Below, piece after piece: positions 9,552 to 18,019 of a stretch of DNA of 64,000 bases. The position numbers were made by a program, and so were the translations under genes. Source of the DNA: a virus; the IMG/VR virus record IMGVR_UViG_3300048813_000107, positions 10,381-74,380 of that record; one strand, given 5' to 3'. The notes under the pieces were generated by a model that was not told where the DNA came from, searched no databases, and saw only the letters and a program-made list of their open reading frames with translations. Within the stretch, counting starts at the first letter, position 1. Each line of letters begins with the position of its first letter.

Positions 9552-10100
9552 ATGCCGCCGCCGCCGGCCGGGAAGCATCAGCGCAAGAGATGGCGGCAGG
9601 CTGGCCTCTGGCTCCTCGCCGGCACCGCGGCGGGTGTTATCGTCACGGGCGCTGCTGTCGTCGTGCCGGGCGCCCGCCATGAGGTGGCCAGCGTGGCGGC
9701 CAGCGTGGTGCATCGTCATGGCGGGAACAGCAAGACCGCATCCCCGCCGCAGGTGACGCCGGCCATGCGGGTGCCTTTCGCCGCTCGCGTCGTGGCGGAT
9801 CCGTCCCCGGCCAGGGCGGCAAGGGCGGCTGCCACGCCGAAACCTTCCAGGGTGCCAGCCAGCACACCGGTGCCGGGTGCTAGTCCGAACCCGGCCACCA
9901 GCCCTACCGCAACACGGCGGACCCAGACGCCGACCAGCCCGCCGCCGATCCTGAACACAACCGCCACCAGCAGCCCGACCACCTCGAGCCCGAGCCCGAC
10001 GCCCGACCACGGCCCGACCACGACGCTCTCGTCCTCGCCGCCAGTTAGCCCGCCCGTCTCGGCGACTTCCAGTGCTCCGGCAAGCCCCCCGGCGTCCTGA
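9552..10100 (+). CDS. Membrane-anchored Pro/Ser/Thr-rich surface protein
   Basis: Basic N-terminus, TM GLWLLAGTAAGVIVTGAAVVV, long P/S/T tail. Confidence 0.7.
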   Translation: MPPPPAGKHQRKRWRQAGLWLLAGTAAGVIVTGAAVVVPGARHEVASVAASVVHRHGGNSKTASPPQVTPAMRVPFAARVVADPSPARAARAAATPKPSRVPASTPVPGASPNPATSPTATRRTQTPTSPPPILNTTATSSPTTSSPSPTPDHGPTTTLSSSPPVSPPVSATSSAPASPPAS

Positions 10101-10132
10101 CTGGGTGATACCCCGTTTCCGGGCATGACGAA

Positions 10133-10173
10133 AACGCCCCGCCGCTGCCCGGTAAAGGCAGCGGCGGGGCGTT
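10133..10173. terminator. Probable bidirectional terminator between converging arms
   Basis: Perfect 17-bp stem AACGCCCCGCCGCTGCC / GGCAGCGGCGGGGCGTT, 7-nt loop. Confidence 0.8.
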
Positions 10174-10189
10174 CGTCGTTACGGCTGAG

Positions 10190-10549
10190 TCAGGCGGCCT
10201 TCAGCGCGGCCGAGGCGAGAGCCAGCGCGCTCTGCCCTGCCGCGATGGCCTTGGGAACCAGCGCCCTCACGGCGGCGAACAGGGCAGCGTCAGCGGGGTC
10301 TACGAGGTCCAGCAGCGCCATGGCGTCGCCGCTGAAGTCCAGGATCAGGCTAGCGTGGCCGGTCAGGAAGCTCCGGGAGTCCGCTGCGATGGCGGCGAGG
10401 TCAGCCTCGGCGTGCTGGCCGTGGCCGTGGAACCAGTCGGCGACGTGACCGAGCGGCCCCTCATGCGGCGCGGGTGCGGCAGGTGACGGGGGCACGGCGG
10501 TCGGGGGCGTGATCACCGGAGCTGAAGGCTCGGGTGCGGAGATGGACAT
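10190..10549 (-). CDS. Hypothetical protein
   Basis: 119 aa, AAAGGA RBS, last gene of the late block. Confidence 0.65.
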   Translation of the reverse strand: MSISAPEPSAPVITPPTAVPPSPAAPAPHEGPLGHVADWFHGHGQHAEADLAAIAADSRSFLTGHASLILDFSGDAMALLDLVDPADAALFAAVRALVPKAIAAGQSALALASAALKAA

Positions 10550-10577
10550 GGCTGTCCTTTCATGCGGTGGAGGGGGT

Positions 10578-12572
10578 TCAGGCGGTCAGGCCCGCGAACG
10601 CCCCCCCGCGGGCAGGAGTGACGGGCGGGCAGGTGAACGTGTCGGTCTGGGTGACCCTGGCGACCTGTGCGTCAGCGTCCCAGCCGGTGAACGACACGGT
10701 GATCGTGTGCCCGTCGTCGGTGATCTGGATCCGGCCGTACAGCGCGCAGCTGCCGCCGGAATTGTCCCAGAAGCTGTTCCACACGCTGGTGTTGAGGCCG
10801 CCGCCCGTGTTGGCCATCGGGGCCGCGCAGTACACCGGGAAGCCGCCCCAGGAGTTGTCAGCCCCGGTGATGGTGCCCACGAGGTGGCTGTCCCCGTGCC
10901 ACCACATGAGCTGGCCGGCCTGCGCGGCGTTCGCGGCGATGAAGGCCATGATCGCGCTGCGCTCGGTGGAGTAGTTCCACCACTTGTCCTGGCCCTCGCT
11001 GTCGAGCAGCGTGCTGGCCGGCCCGGCCCACTGGGTGTCCCCCACGATGATCTTGAGCGGCTCGGGCTGGATCAGCTCGGACTCAAGCCACGCCAGCTGC
11101 TGCGCGCCCAGCATCGTCTTGCTGCCGTTGTCGGTGTTCGCTCCGGGCGAGCGGTCGATCGAGCGGATGTCGATCATGATGAAGCGGACCCGGCCGCACA
11201 CCCAGGACTGCCACAGCCCGTGGACGGGGGAGTTTACCGTGTCGCCGAGGGTGGCCATCGGGTAGACCTGCTGCGCCGCGGCGATGTTGCACGGGATGTA
11301 GGGCACCGCGGAGGCGGGCCCGCTGTCGCCGTTGTCCGGGCCGGCCTCGTGGTCGCTGCGGCAGTAGTAGCCCCACGCGCGGCCGTGCATCATGCTGTAG
11401 CTGCTCGGGTAGCCCGCGGCCGCCGAAGCGCTCGACCCCACGCCGGTCAGCGCGATCTGCGTCTCGTAGACCTGCGTCTGCGTGAAGCTGTCCAGGGCCT
11501 CGGTGTCGCTGTAACTCTGGTCGCCGGTGAAGATGTTCAGGTCCGCATTCCACGCCGTCCAGTCGTCGATGGCAGCGGTGTCGGTGGCCTGCGGGATCAC
11601 GCATGAGACCAGGGCCACCCGGAACGACTGCGGCGAGCCGGCCGGCGGGAGGGTCTTGCACATCCCGATCGGGCCGAGCGGCGTCTCACCGCCGCCGCTG
11701 GGCGTGTTGGCCAGCTGGTAGTAGTACTGCGTCCCGGGCGAGAGGTTCGCGGCGGTGTGGCGGACGTAGCCGTAGGCGTCCGGGGTCTGCGCGGCGGCAT
11801 AGGTGACACCGGTGGTGAGCGCCGCATTGGTGGCCACCTTCAGGCGCACGGTGAACGCCCCGGCCAGCTTGGACACCACCTGGAACTGATTGCCCGTCGG
11901 CGCCCCCGCGACGGATTGCCGCCACGTCGCGGGCAGCGCACCCTGCGCGGCGATCGTCATGACCTGCACAGCCCACGTCGTGCTGGTGATCGTGGCGCTG
12001 GCCGTCACCGCGGCTGCGGACGCCAGAGCCTGGCAGGCGACGGTCAGGTACGCATTCCCGCTGGTGTGGACCTGCGCTACCTGCGTCCACCCGCCGGGCA
12101 GCGTGGGAGCACCTCCGCCGCTGCCGCTGGAGAACGTGGCGATCGCGAGCTCGGAGGAGCTCCCCAGTGCGGCGTTCGTCACCGCTGACGGGCTGGTGCT
12201 GCTGCCGCCGGCCTGGCCGTACTGGTCGAGCAGCGTGCCCGTCGTAGCGGCCCCGTGGACGCCGGCGACAGCCAGCTCTTTCGTGTCGGTGCTGTTGGAG
12301 AACAGCACGCTGATCGTGTCGCTGGTGCTGAGCGCGTTCGCGTCCTGGCAGTAGAACTGCCACACGCCCTGGCTGCTGATTCCCTGCTGGACGATGCTGT
12401 AGACGTTGCCCTGCGTATCGCTGACCAGCCAGACGTTTACCCCGACCGCACCGCCTGTGCTTGCGGACAGGACGATCGTGTCGCCCGCCGCGACTGCGCT
12501 GGTGATCGCGGCGGTGACCGTCGATGCGGTCGACGGTGCCGCAGTCCCGGCCTCGTAGACGGTGTAGGTCAA
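10578..12572 (-). CDS. Virion-type beta-rich N-terminus fused to PhoD-family phosphatase/phosphodiesterase
   Basis: FRVALVSC, FTGDQSYSD, SDHE, IDIRS, TMLGAQQLAWL, W..Y..ER, GDSH; TTG start overlapping upstream TGA. Confidence 0.8.
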   Translation of the reverse strand: MTYTVYEAGTAAPSTASTVTAAITSAVAAGDTIVLSASTGGAVGVNVWLVSDTQGNVYSIVQQGISSQGVWQFYCQDANALSTSDTISVLFSNSTDTKELAVAGVHGAATTGTLLDQYGQAGGSSTSPSAVTNAALGSSSELAIATFSSGSGGGAPTLPGGWTQVAQVHTSGNAYLTVACQALASAAAVTASATITSTTWAVQVMTIAAQGALPATWRQSVAGAPTGNQFQVVSKLAGAFTVRLKVATNAALTTGVTYAAAQTPDAYGYVRHTAANLSPGTQYYYQLANTPSGGGETPLGPIGMCKTLPPAGSPQSFRVALVSCVIPQATDTAAIDDWTAWNADLNIFTGDQSYSDTEALDSFTQTQVYETQIALTGVGSSASAAAGYPSSYSMMHGRAWGYYCRSDHEAGPDNGDSGPASAVPYIPCNIAAAQQVYPMATLGDTVNSPVHGLWQSWVCGRVRFIMIDIRSIDRSPGANTDNGSKTMLGAQQLAWLESELIQPEPLKIIVGDTQWAGPASTLLDSEGQDKWWNYSTERSAIMAFIAANAAQAGQLMWWHGDSHLVGTITGADNSWGGFPVYCAAPMANTGGGLNTSVWNSFWDNSGGSCALYGRIQITDDGHTITVSFTGWDADAQVARVTQTDTFTCPPVTPARGGAFAGLTA

Positions 12573-14119
12573 GGCCCGACCGCCATCCACAGCGCGCCCG
12601 CCGTGCTGCTCATGGCCGACATGGTGACCGACGCGGGCGGGGACGTGAGAGTACTCCCGGCCGACGCCGCCTTCAGCGTCACCGCAGCGGCCGAGCAGCC
12701 GAGGTTGACCACTGCGGCGCTGGACGCGATCCCGGACCGGAACACTGGCATCGTGCCCGCCGAGCCGATGAGGATCGCCCCGTAGTAGTCCCCCGCGGCC
12801 AGCGCGGGACCGGAAACCCACGGGACGGTCCACAAGGACGCGCTGGTGGTCAGGGCCGTGTCGGCGGACCGCTGGGCGGACTGGGCGACGATCGTGCCGG
12901 AAACACTGAACAGCACGGCGTAGACGTTGGCGGGGGTGGCCCCGGCGGTGCTGATGAAGGCGTAGAAGCTGCCGCTGGTGCCGCCCTCAGGCACGCGGAG
13001 GCGGGTGCACTGCAGGACTCCGGCGGTCGGCGTGAACGTGGTGGCCGCGAACACGAACGGCATCGTGAGCCCGAGTATGGTCCCGAGGCCGCCCATCGCC
13101 CCGTACGTGTCCGGGTGGACGTGCCCGGCGTCGGCCCACTTGCCGGTCGCGCCGGCCGCCTGGGCTCCCGCCGCGGCGAAGTCGGCGGCGGTGGAGTCCG
13201 CCGCGGTGAACGCCGGCGGGGCCGAGCCGCCCGCCCCCATGAGCAGGGTGCCCGCCGCCCCCGCAGCGATCTGCTGGAGGGTTCCTGTGCTCGTGGTGCC
13301 GGCTGCGAGCAGCTCGTACGCGGTCAGGGCAGCCAGCCCGGTCCCGCCCTGGGCCACGGTGGCCGGGGTCGCGTTCACCGACTGCGGGACGAAGCCGACG
13401 CAGTACCAGGTGGTCGTGGCCAGGTCGTAGCGGAACGCGATGAAGTCGTGATAGGCCGGGGTGGCGGACAGGACCGGCGTGCCGATCGAGGCGGGGAAGC
13501 TGTAGGCCGAGCCGTAGGCCAGGGTCCGGGAGCCGGTGGCGTCCTGGATCACCTCGAACGCGATGGCCTGGCCATCGGCCGGGTTCGACGGGTTGGCCAG
13601 CGTCCGGTTACCGCCGAGGGTGACCCGGAAGACATTCGACAGCGCCGCGTTGACCACGATCGAGGAAGCGTCGGTCAGGGCCGAGGGGACGGTGCTGAAC
13701 GCCCCGGTGACCGCGCCCCCGGTGAGCTGCAGGAACAGCGCCTCCAGCTGCGTCAGCGGCAGGTCATCCGCCAGCACCGTCCAGACAGCTGAACCGCTGT
13801 CGTACTCGAACAGCACGCCCTGGCTCGCCAGCGTCAGCGAGTCCGTCGTAGAGCCGCCCGGCTTGTTGATCACGTCCGAGCCCTGGCACTGCACCGTCAC
13901 CGAGTTCCCGGTGCCCAGGATGACCTGTTTCACCGCGTTCAGCGTGGACGACGCCGGGGCCTGCGGCAGCTTCACGGTCCCGCTGCCGCTGGTCGTGTCC
14001 ACGGCGGTGATCTCGTCCGCCAGCGCGGTATGGGCCGCGCCGGGAGACGGGACCGTGAACAGGACGCGGGTCAGCGTCAGGCCGCCGCCGCCGGGGTCGG
14101 CGGGAGGGTAGAGGGGCAT
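12569..14119 (-). CDS. Tail fibre / minor tail protein
   Basis: TLGGNRTLANPSN...QDATGSRTL module, VAQGGTG repeat, DAGHVHP, Ala/Thr/Gly-rich. Confidence 0.75.
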   Translation of the reverse strand: MPLYPPADPGGGGLTLTRVLFTVPSPGAAHTALADEITAVDTTSGSGTVKLPQAPASSTLNAVKQVILGTGNSVTVQCQGSDVINKPGGSTTDSLTLASQGVLFEYDSGSAVWTVLADDLPLTQLEALFLQLTGGAVTGAFSTVPSALTDASSIVVNAALSNVFRVTLGGNRTLANPSNPADGQAIAFEVIQDATGSRTLAYGSAYSFPASIGTPVLSATPAYHDFIAFRYDLATTTWYCVGFVPQSVNATPATVAQGGTGLAALTAYELLAAGTTSTGTLQQIAAGAAGTLLMGAGGSAPPAFTAADSTAADFAAAGAQAAGATGKWADAGHVHPDTYGAMGGLGTILGLTMPFVFAATTFTPTAGVLQCTRLRVPEGGTSGSFYAFISTAGATPANVYAVLFSVSGTIVAQSAQRSADTALTTSASLWTVPWVSGPALAAGDYYGAILIGSAGTMPVFRSGIASSAAVVNLGCSAAAVTLKAASAGSTLTSPPASVTMSAMSSTAGALWMAVGP

Positions 14120-14123
14120 CGTG

Positions 14124-14378
14124 TCACCAGCTCGTCAGTCGCGCGTAGCCGTTGGCCGACGTCCAGATTCCGTCGACTTCCCCCATGTAGAGGGGAAGCG
14201 GGAACTCGTAGTAGCCGCCCGCGGCGATCTGCACCGTGTAGTCAGAGGCGGAGGCCACGGCCCCGAACTTCAGGTAGAGGACTGACGTCGAGTCGTTGTA
14301 GACGGTGCGCCCGTCCATCGGCCCTCCGGTGAAGAGGGGGACACTGGCAGCGCTTGACGCCACGCTCGCTGTGGCCAT
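14124..14378 (-). CDS. Small beta-rich virion-associated protein
   Basis: 84 aa, AGGAGG RBS, in tail cluster. Confidence 0.6.
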   Translation of the reverse strand: MATASVASSAASVPLFTGGPMDGRTVYNDSTSVLYLKFGAVASASDYTVQIAAGGYYEFPLPLYMGEVDGIWTSANGYARLTSW

Positions 14379-14413
14379 TTACGCCTCCTGGCTAACTGTG
14401 CGGATCGAGAAGG

Positions 14414-14794
14414 TCAGGGAGCGGGAGTGCCCGCCAGTGAGTACAGGTCCACGCTCGACGGCGAGGCGGGCAGGAAGAAGTTCCAGCCGTCCGTCACGGT
14501 CGCATTGCTGCCGTTGGCGTGGATCGTGATGGTCACGGTCCAGAACCAGAACCCGCTGCGGCCCTCGATCGTCAGGCCCGTGCTCGCCGTCGACAGAAGC
14601 TCGAGCGTGCCGCCCTCGGCACTGCGGAGCTGACCGCCGACGATCTGCGCGGCTATAGGGGTGTCCGGGGTCACGACGGGGCCGCCTGCGGCGTAGACCG
14701 TCTCGTTCGAGGTGAAGGTCACCGTGCCGCTGGATACCGGCTGGTCGCTCGCATCAGTGAACGTCCCCGTAATGGTGATGTAGGTCGCGGCCAC
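14414..14794 (-). CDS. Minor tail protein-like
   Basis: ITGTFTD...GTVTFT N-terminus typical of actinophage tail modules; AGGAG RBS. Confidence 0.6.
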   Translation of the reverse strand: MAATYITITGTFTDASDQPVSSGTVTFTSNETVYAAGGPVVTPDTPIAAQIVGGQLRSAEGGTLELLSTASTGLTIEGRSGFWFWTVTITIHANGSNATVTDGWNFFLPASPSSVDLYSLAGTPAP

Positions 14795-14827
14795 GGCAGG
14801 CTCCTAGCTCACGGGATAATGGACGGC

Positions 14828-15616
14828 ATGCCCGGTGACATCCTCGGCCTGATCGACGGCGCGCTCAGTGACTGGTCGGCCAGCGAGGACGCGATGCGGT
14901 GGCGGCCGGAAGGCGGCGAGGAACGAGAGCCGGCCCAGATGTCGTGGCGCCCGGCATTCACCCCGGTGCTTCCCTCCGCGTACGGCCTGATGGTGTCCGC
15001 TTCGGACGTGCAGGTGGGCATGATGCTGCTGCAGCGCGTTGCCGGGGGCTACGAAGGCCGGCTTTACAAGCTGCCGCCCGGCGGCAGCGGCCAGATCCCG
15101 CTCGCGGACCTTGAGCTGGCCGGCACAGGCCTGTATGACGAGAACGGGACGCTGATCAGGGAGCTTTTAGCGAGACTTCGGCATCCGGCAGAAGGCCAGA
15201 AGCTCCGCCTCGGTGCCACTGAACAGGTCCGTGTCGACCGGCGAATCGCCCGCCTGCCAGAACGTCCAGGCCGTCCACGGCGCAGGCACGGCAGGCCGCT
15301 CAGCGCCGTAGTCCGCGATCCACAGATGCCAGGACTCCATCCCTGCGCAGTTGCCCGCCTCAGCGAACGCCGGGTAGGTGTACACCAGCACCCGGTGTCC
15401 CGGTGCGAGCTCGTTGACGGCCCGCAGGAACGTGACGGCAGATCCGGCGGTGAACTCCGGTGTCATCCCGTCTGCGGTCTCCAGGTCCAGGACGAAATTG
15501 TCACCCGGCAGCAGCCCGTGGGCCCGGACGGTGGCGACGAACCGCTGAGCCTGCGCCCGCGGATCCTCGGAGGGATGGAAGAAGTGGTACGAAAATCGGC
15601 AGAGCGTGGGCGATAG
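14828..15616 (+). CDS. Counter-oriented hypothetical protein; frame runs on antisense into the endolysin
   Basis: GATAAT 7 nt before ATG 14828; SEDAMRW motif; occupies the gap 14795-15166. Confidence 0.45.
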   Translation: MPGDILGLIDGALSDWSASEDAMRWRPEGGEEREPAQMSWRPAFTPVLPSAYGLMVSASDVQVGMMLLQRVAGGYEGRLYKLPPGGSGQIPLADLELAGTGLYDENGTLIRELLARLRHPAEGQKLRLGATEQVRVDRRIARLPERPGRPRRRHGRPLSAVVRDPQMPGLHPCAVARLSERRVGVHQHPVSRCELVDGPQERDGRSGGELRCHPVCGLQVQDEIVTRQQPVGPDGGDEPLSLRPRILGGMEEVVRKSAERGR

Positions 15617-15775
15617 CTCCCACATCGCATCCCAATTTTCGGCGAAGTCCGGGTCCGTGAAGCCGAGACCTTCGGTGGCCTTGGCCATGCCGAAGGCGAT
15701 CTTCCCGCGTTCGGCCGCCCAGGGCCAGCGCGCGCCCTGTGCATTGGAGATGTCGATACCCTGCGGTTCAGTCAT
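15167..15775 (-). CDS. GH25 muramidase endolysin, catalytic domain only
   Basis: GIDIS, KATEG, YHFF, LDLE, LWIADY, WTFWQ, VDTD. Confidence 0.92.
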   Translation of the reverse strand: MTEPQGIDISNAQGARWPWAAERGKIAFGMAKATEGLGFTDPDFAENWDAMWELSPTLCRFSYHFFHPSEDPRAQAQRFVATVRAHGLLPGDNFVLDLETADGMTPEFTAGSAVTFLRAVNELAPGHRVLVYTYPAFAEAGNCAGMESWHLWIADYGAERPAVPAPWTAWTFWQAGDSPVDTDLFSGTEAELLAFCRMPKSR

Positions 15776-15893
15776 CGCGCTCCCCCTTGCGTGTCCGGTA
15801 CTCCCTGATCCACCGTTCGGTGCAGTCGCCGCACAGGCAGGTGATGGCACTGAGCAGGCGGAAGAACCGGCACCGATTGCAGTAGCCGCTCAT
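15768..15893 (-). CDS. 41-aa CxxC/CxxC micro-protein; not in ORF track
   Basis: MSGYCNRCRF...CGDC; overlaps both neighbours. Confidence 0.5.
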   Translation of the reverse strand: MSGYCNRCRFFRLLSAITCLCGDCTERWIREYRTRKGERDD

Positions 15894-16447
15894 CCGGTGC
15901 CCTTCTCGCTGCCGCGCTCGGCCTTCGTCGCCAGTCGCTTGGCCGGTGCCGCTTTCGGCGGGACCGATGCCAGCGCGATGGCCGCCCGGACTTCCTCGGT
16001 CAGCGCCGTGTTGGCCTCGATCCGCTCGAGGATGGCGAGGATCTTGTCGTCTTGCGCAGCGAGGTGGGCGGCCTGCTCGTCCTGGCCGTGCAGCAGCGCC
16101 TCGACGTCATCAAACTGGCGCTTGGCCATGCGGTCGGTGGCCGAGGCCAGGACGGCGGCGCCCACGATGATGATCGGCAGGAGCACGAGCTGTATGAACT
16201 GCGAGCTAGCCCACTGGACAAACCCGGCTGGGCCGCCCTTGAGACCGGCGGGCAGCCCGTACAGCGCGAGCGCGGTGAAGGCGTAGGCGCACCACATGGT
16301 CCCGACGCCGCGAGTCACGATCACCGCAGCGCGGGTGTTGATCCGGGTGACCGCGTTCCCGGACGGCCGCACGTCGGCGACCTTGACCGGGCCCGCTTCC
16401 TTGCGGTGCGCGATGTGCGGATGCGGGACGTGCCTGTACAGGCTCAC
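15890..16447 (-). CDS. DUF1003-like membrane protein (holin candidate)
   Basis: VGTMWCAYAF and QLVLLPIIIVG TM segments then coiled coil; next to endolysin. Confidence 0.65.
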   Translation of the reverse strand: MSLYRHVPHPHIAHRKEAGPVKVADVRPSGNAVTRINTRAAVIVTRGVGTMWCAYAFTALALYGLPAGLKGGPAGFVQWASSQFIQLVLLPIIIVGAAVLASATDRMAKRQFDDVEALLHGQDEQAAHLAAQDDKILAILERIEANTALTEEVRAAIALASVPPKAAPAKRLATKAERGSEKGTG

Positions 16448-16625
16448 GGTGCGCCTCCGGGAAGGGTCAGGGAACGAGCGCCGAGAGGAACAGGAACACC
16501 AGGCCGGCGATCATGAACGCGTCCGGGGACACGGGGCCGAAGCTGAGCCGGGTGATGTCGAGGAACAGCGCGGCGGCGAGGACGAGAACGGCGGCGGTGC
16601 GGAGTACGCCGGCCAGGGGAGTGCC

Positions 16626-16934
16626 TCAGGCCCCCGTCTCGCCGCTGTCCGCGTCCGCCTCGTCCGGCGGCACCACGATGTAATGCGACTTCACGGTGAC
16701 GTTCAGGCTCAGCGCAGAGCCGCCGCCGCTGTGACCGCTGGCGTCGACGACGTACACCTGCTCATAGCCGTCGCCGACGAGGCAGTTCAACGGCGCGTCC
16801 TCGGCGATGTGGCGGGCCAGCAGCAGGGCGACCTCGCAGCCCACCTTGTTATCGTTCTGGGCACCGACCTGGACGTGCCGGAGCTGCTTCACTACGTCGT
16901 CGCGCTTGCCAATGGCGGCGAATCCGAATGACAT
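16626..16934 (-). CDS. Hypothetical protein
   Basis: MSFGFAAIG..., GAGGGA RBS. Confidence 0.55.
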   Translation of the reverse strand: MSFGFAAIGKRDDVVKQLRHVQVGAQNDNKVGCEVALLLARHIAEDAPLNCLVGDGYEQVYVVDASGHSGGGSALSLNVTVKSHYIVVPPDEADADSGETGA

Positions 16935-16988
16935 GAGTCCCTCTTTCTGGTTTTCGTTACCTTGCAGGTCAGAGCGCGGATGCACAGC

Positions 16989-17150
16989 TCAGAGGCGGGT
17001 GTACTTCACCCGGTCACCGAACCCGTACAGCAGCACGAGTACGCCGATGAGGCCGATCAGGATGGCCAGCGCGTGCGCGACGGTGATGCCCGCCATCCAC
17101 AGCACGACGGCGACGATGACCAGGGCTATGCCGATGAGGACAGAAAACAT
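16989..17150 (-). CDS. 53-aa two-TM protein (holin candidate); not in ORF track
   Basis: MFSVLIGIALVIVAVVLW...LAILIGLIGVLVLLYGFGDRVKYTRL; AAGGAG RBS; basic C-terminus. Confidence 0.7.
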   Translation of the reverse strand: MFSVLIGIALVIVAVVLWMAGITVAHALAILIGLIGVLVLLYGFGDRVKYTRL

Positions 17151-17186
17151 GCGAGGTCTCCTTGAAGGGGGGTTGCGTCAGGCCGG

Positions 17187-17498
17187 CTATTTGCAGCCGA
17201 AGTCGGCGCCGAGCTGGTCGAGTATCGCGTGGTTGTTCTGGTCGTACGCCCTGCTCGGGTTCGTCCTGGGGTTGCCCGCTGGCGGCTTGTTCGCCGCCAG
17301 CTTTCCGAACGTGGTGCAAAGCTTCCGCTCGAGCACCGCACCGGCCTGCTGTTGCAGTACCTGCTCGTGATGCTGTGACGCCCTGATGTCCCCGGCGCTT
17401 GCGTGCACCTGATCCCACGACGCCCACAGGTTCCCCGCGCCTACGATCAGCGTCAGGACCAGCAGCGCGACTATCGCCCGCATCGGCGTGATCTTCAC
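17187..17498 (-). CDS. Membrane-anchored protein of the lysis region
   Basis: One TM, two Cys; GTGA coupling. Confidence 0.65.
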   Translation of the reverse strand: MKITPMRAIVALLVLTLIVGAGNLWASWDQVHASAGDIRASQHHEQVLQQQAGAVLERKLCTTFGKLAANKPPAGNPRTNPSRAYDQNNHAILDQLGADFGCK

Positions 17499-17824
17499 GG
17501 TTCCTCCTCGCGCCGGGTGCGTTCCGCTTGCAGCACCTCCAGGCGCGCACGGACCCCGGCCTGCTCGTCCTTGATCTGCGCGACGTCCCGGGCTGTCCGG
17601 TGGACGACATCGCGCAGCGAGTTGCCGCCGTCCGGCTTCGTCTCGGCCTTGATCTCGGCGATCTCCTGCTGCAGCCCCGTGATGGCCGTCTTCATCTTCG
17701 GCCAGTCGGTCAGGAAATCGTGGGTGGCGATGAGGAGCCGCACTCCCCAGCGCCCTCCCCAGGCCCCGAGGGCGGCGAGGGCGACGGCGAGTGCGGTGAT
17801 CGCGGTGATCCATGCCGGATCCAT
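17495..17824 (-). CDS. Single-TM coiled-coil lysis-cassette protein (DUF2746-like)
   Basis: N-terminal TM, PDGGNSLRD motif. Confidence 0.65.
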   Translation of the reverse strand: MDPAWITAITALAVALAALGAWGGRWGVRLLIATHDFLTDWPKMKTAITGLQQEIAEIKAETKPDGGNSLRDVVHRTARDVAQIKDEQAGVRARLEVLQAERTRREEEP

Positions 17825-17833
17825 GCGCCTCCC

Positions 17834-18004
17834 TCAGATGTGCTCGAGCTGGGCGGGCCGGAAGCTAACCGGCGGGTGGCCGTCCAGGCTGACGACGATC
17901 ACCGCATTGACGCCGCTGCCGGCAATAGCCCGGACCGAGCCTTTCCGGTGCGGTGCCGCAACTTCCCGGACCCGGTCCTGGATCCTGAACGTCGCGGCCA
18001 TCAC
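17834..18004 (-). CDS. 56-aa small beta-barrel-like protein; not in ORF track
   Basis: FRIQDRVRE...GSVR...F..AQLEHI; GAGGAG RBS. Confidence 0.5.
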   Translation of the reverse strand: MMAATFRIQDRVREVAAPHRKGSVRAIAGSGVNAVIVVSLDGHPPVSFRPAQLEHI

Positions 18005-18019
18005 GGCTCCTCGCGCTGA

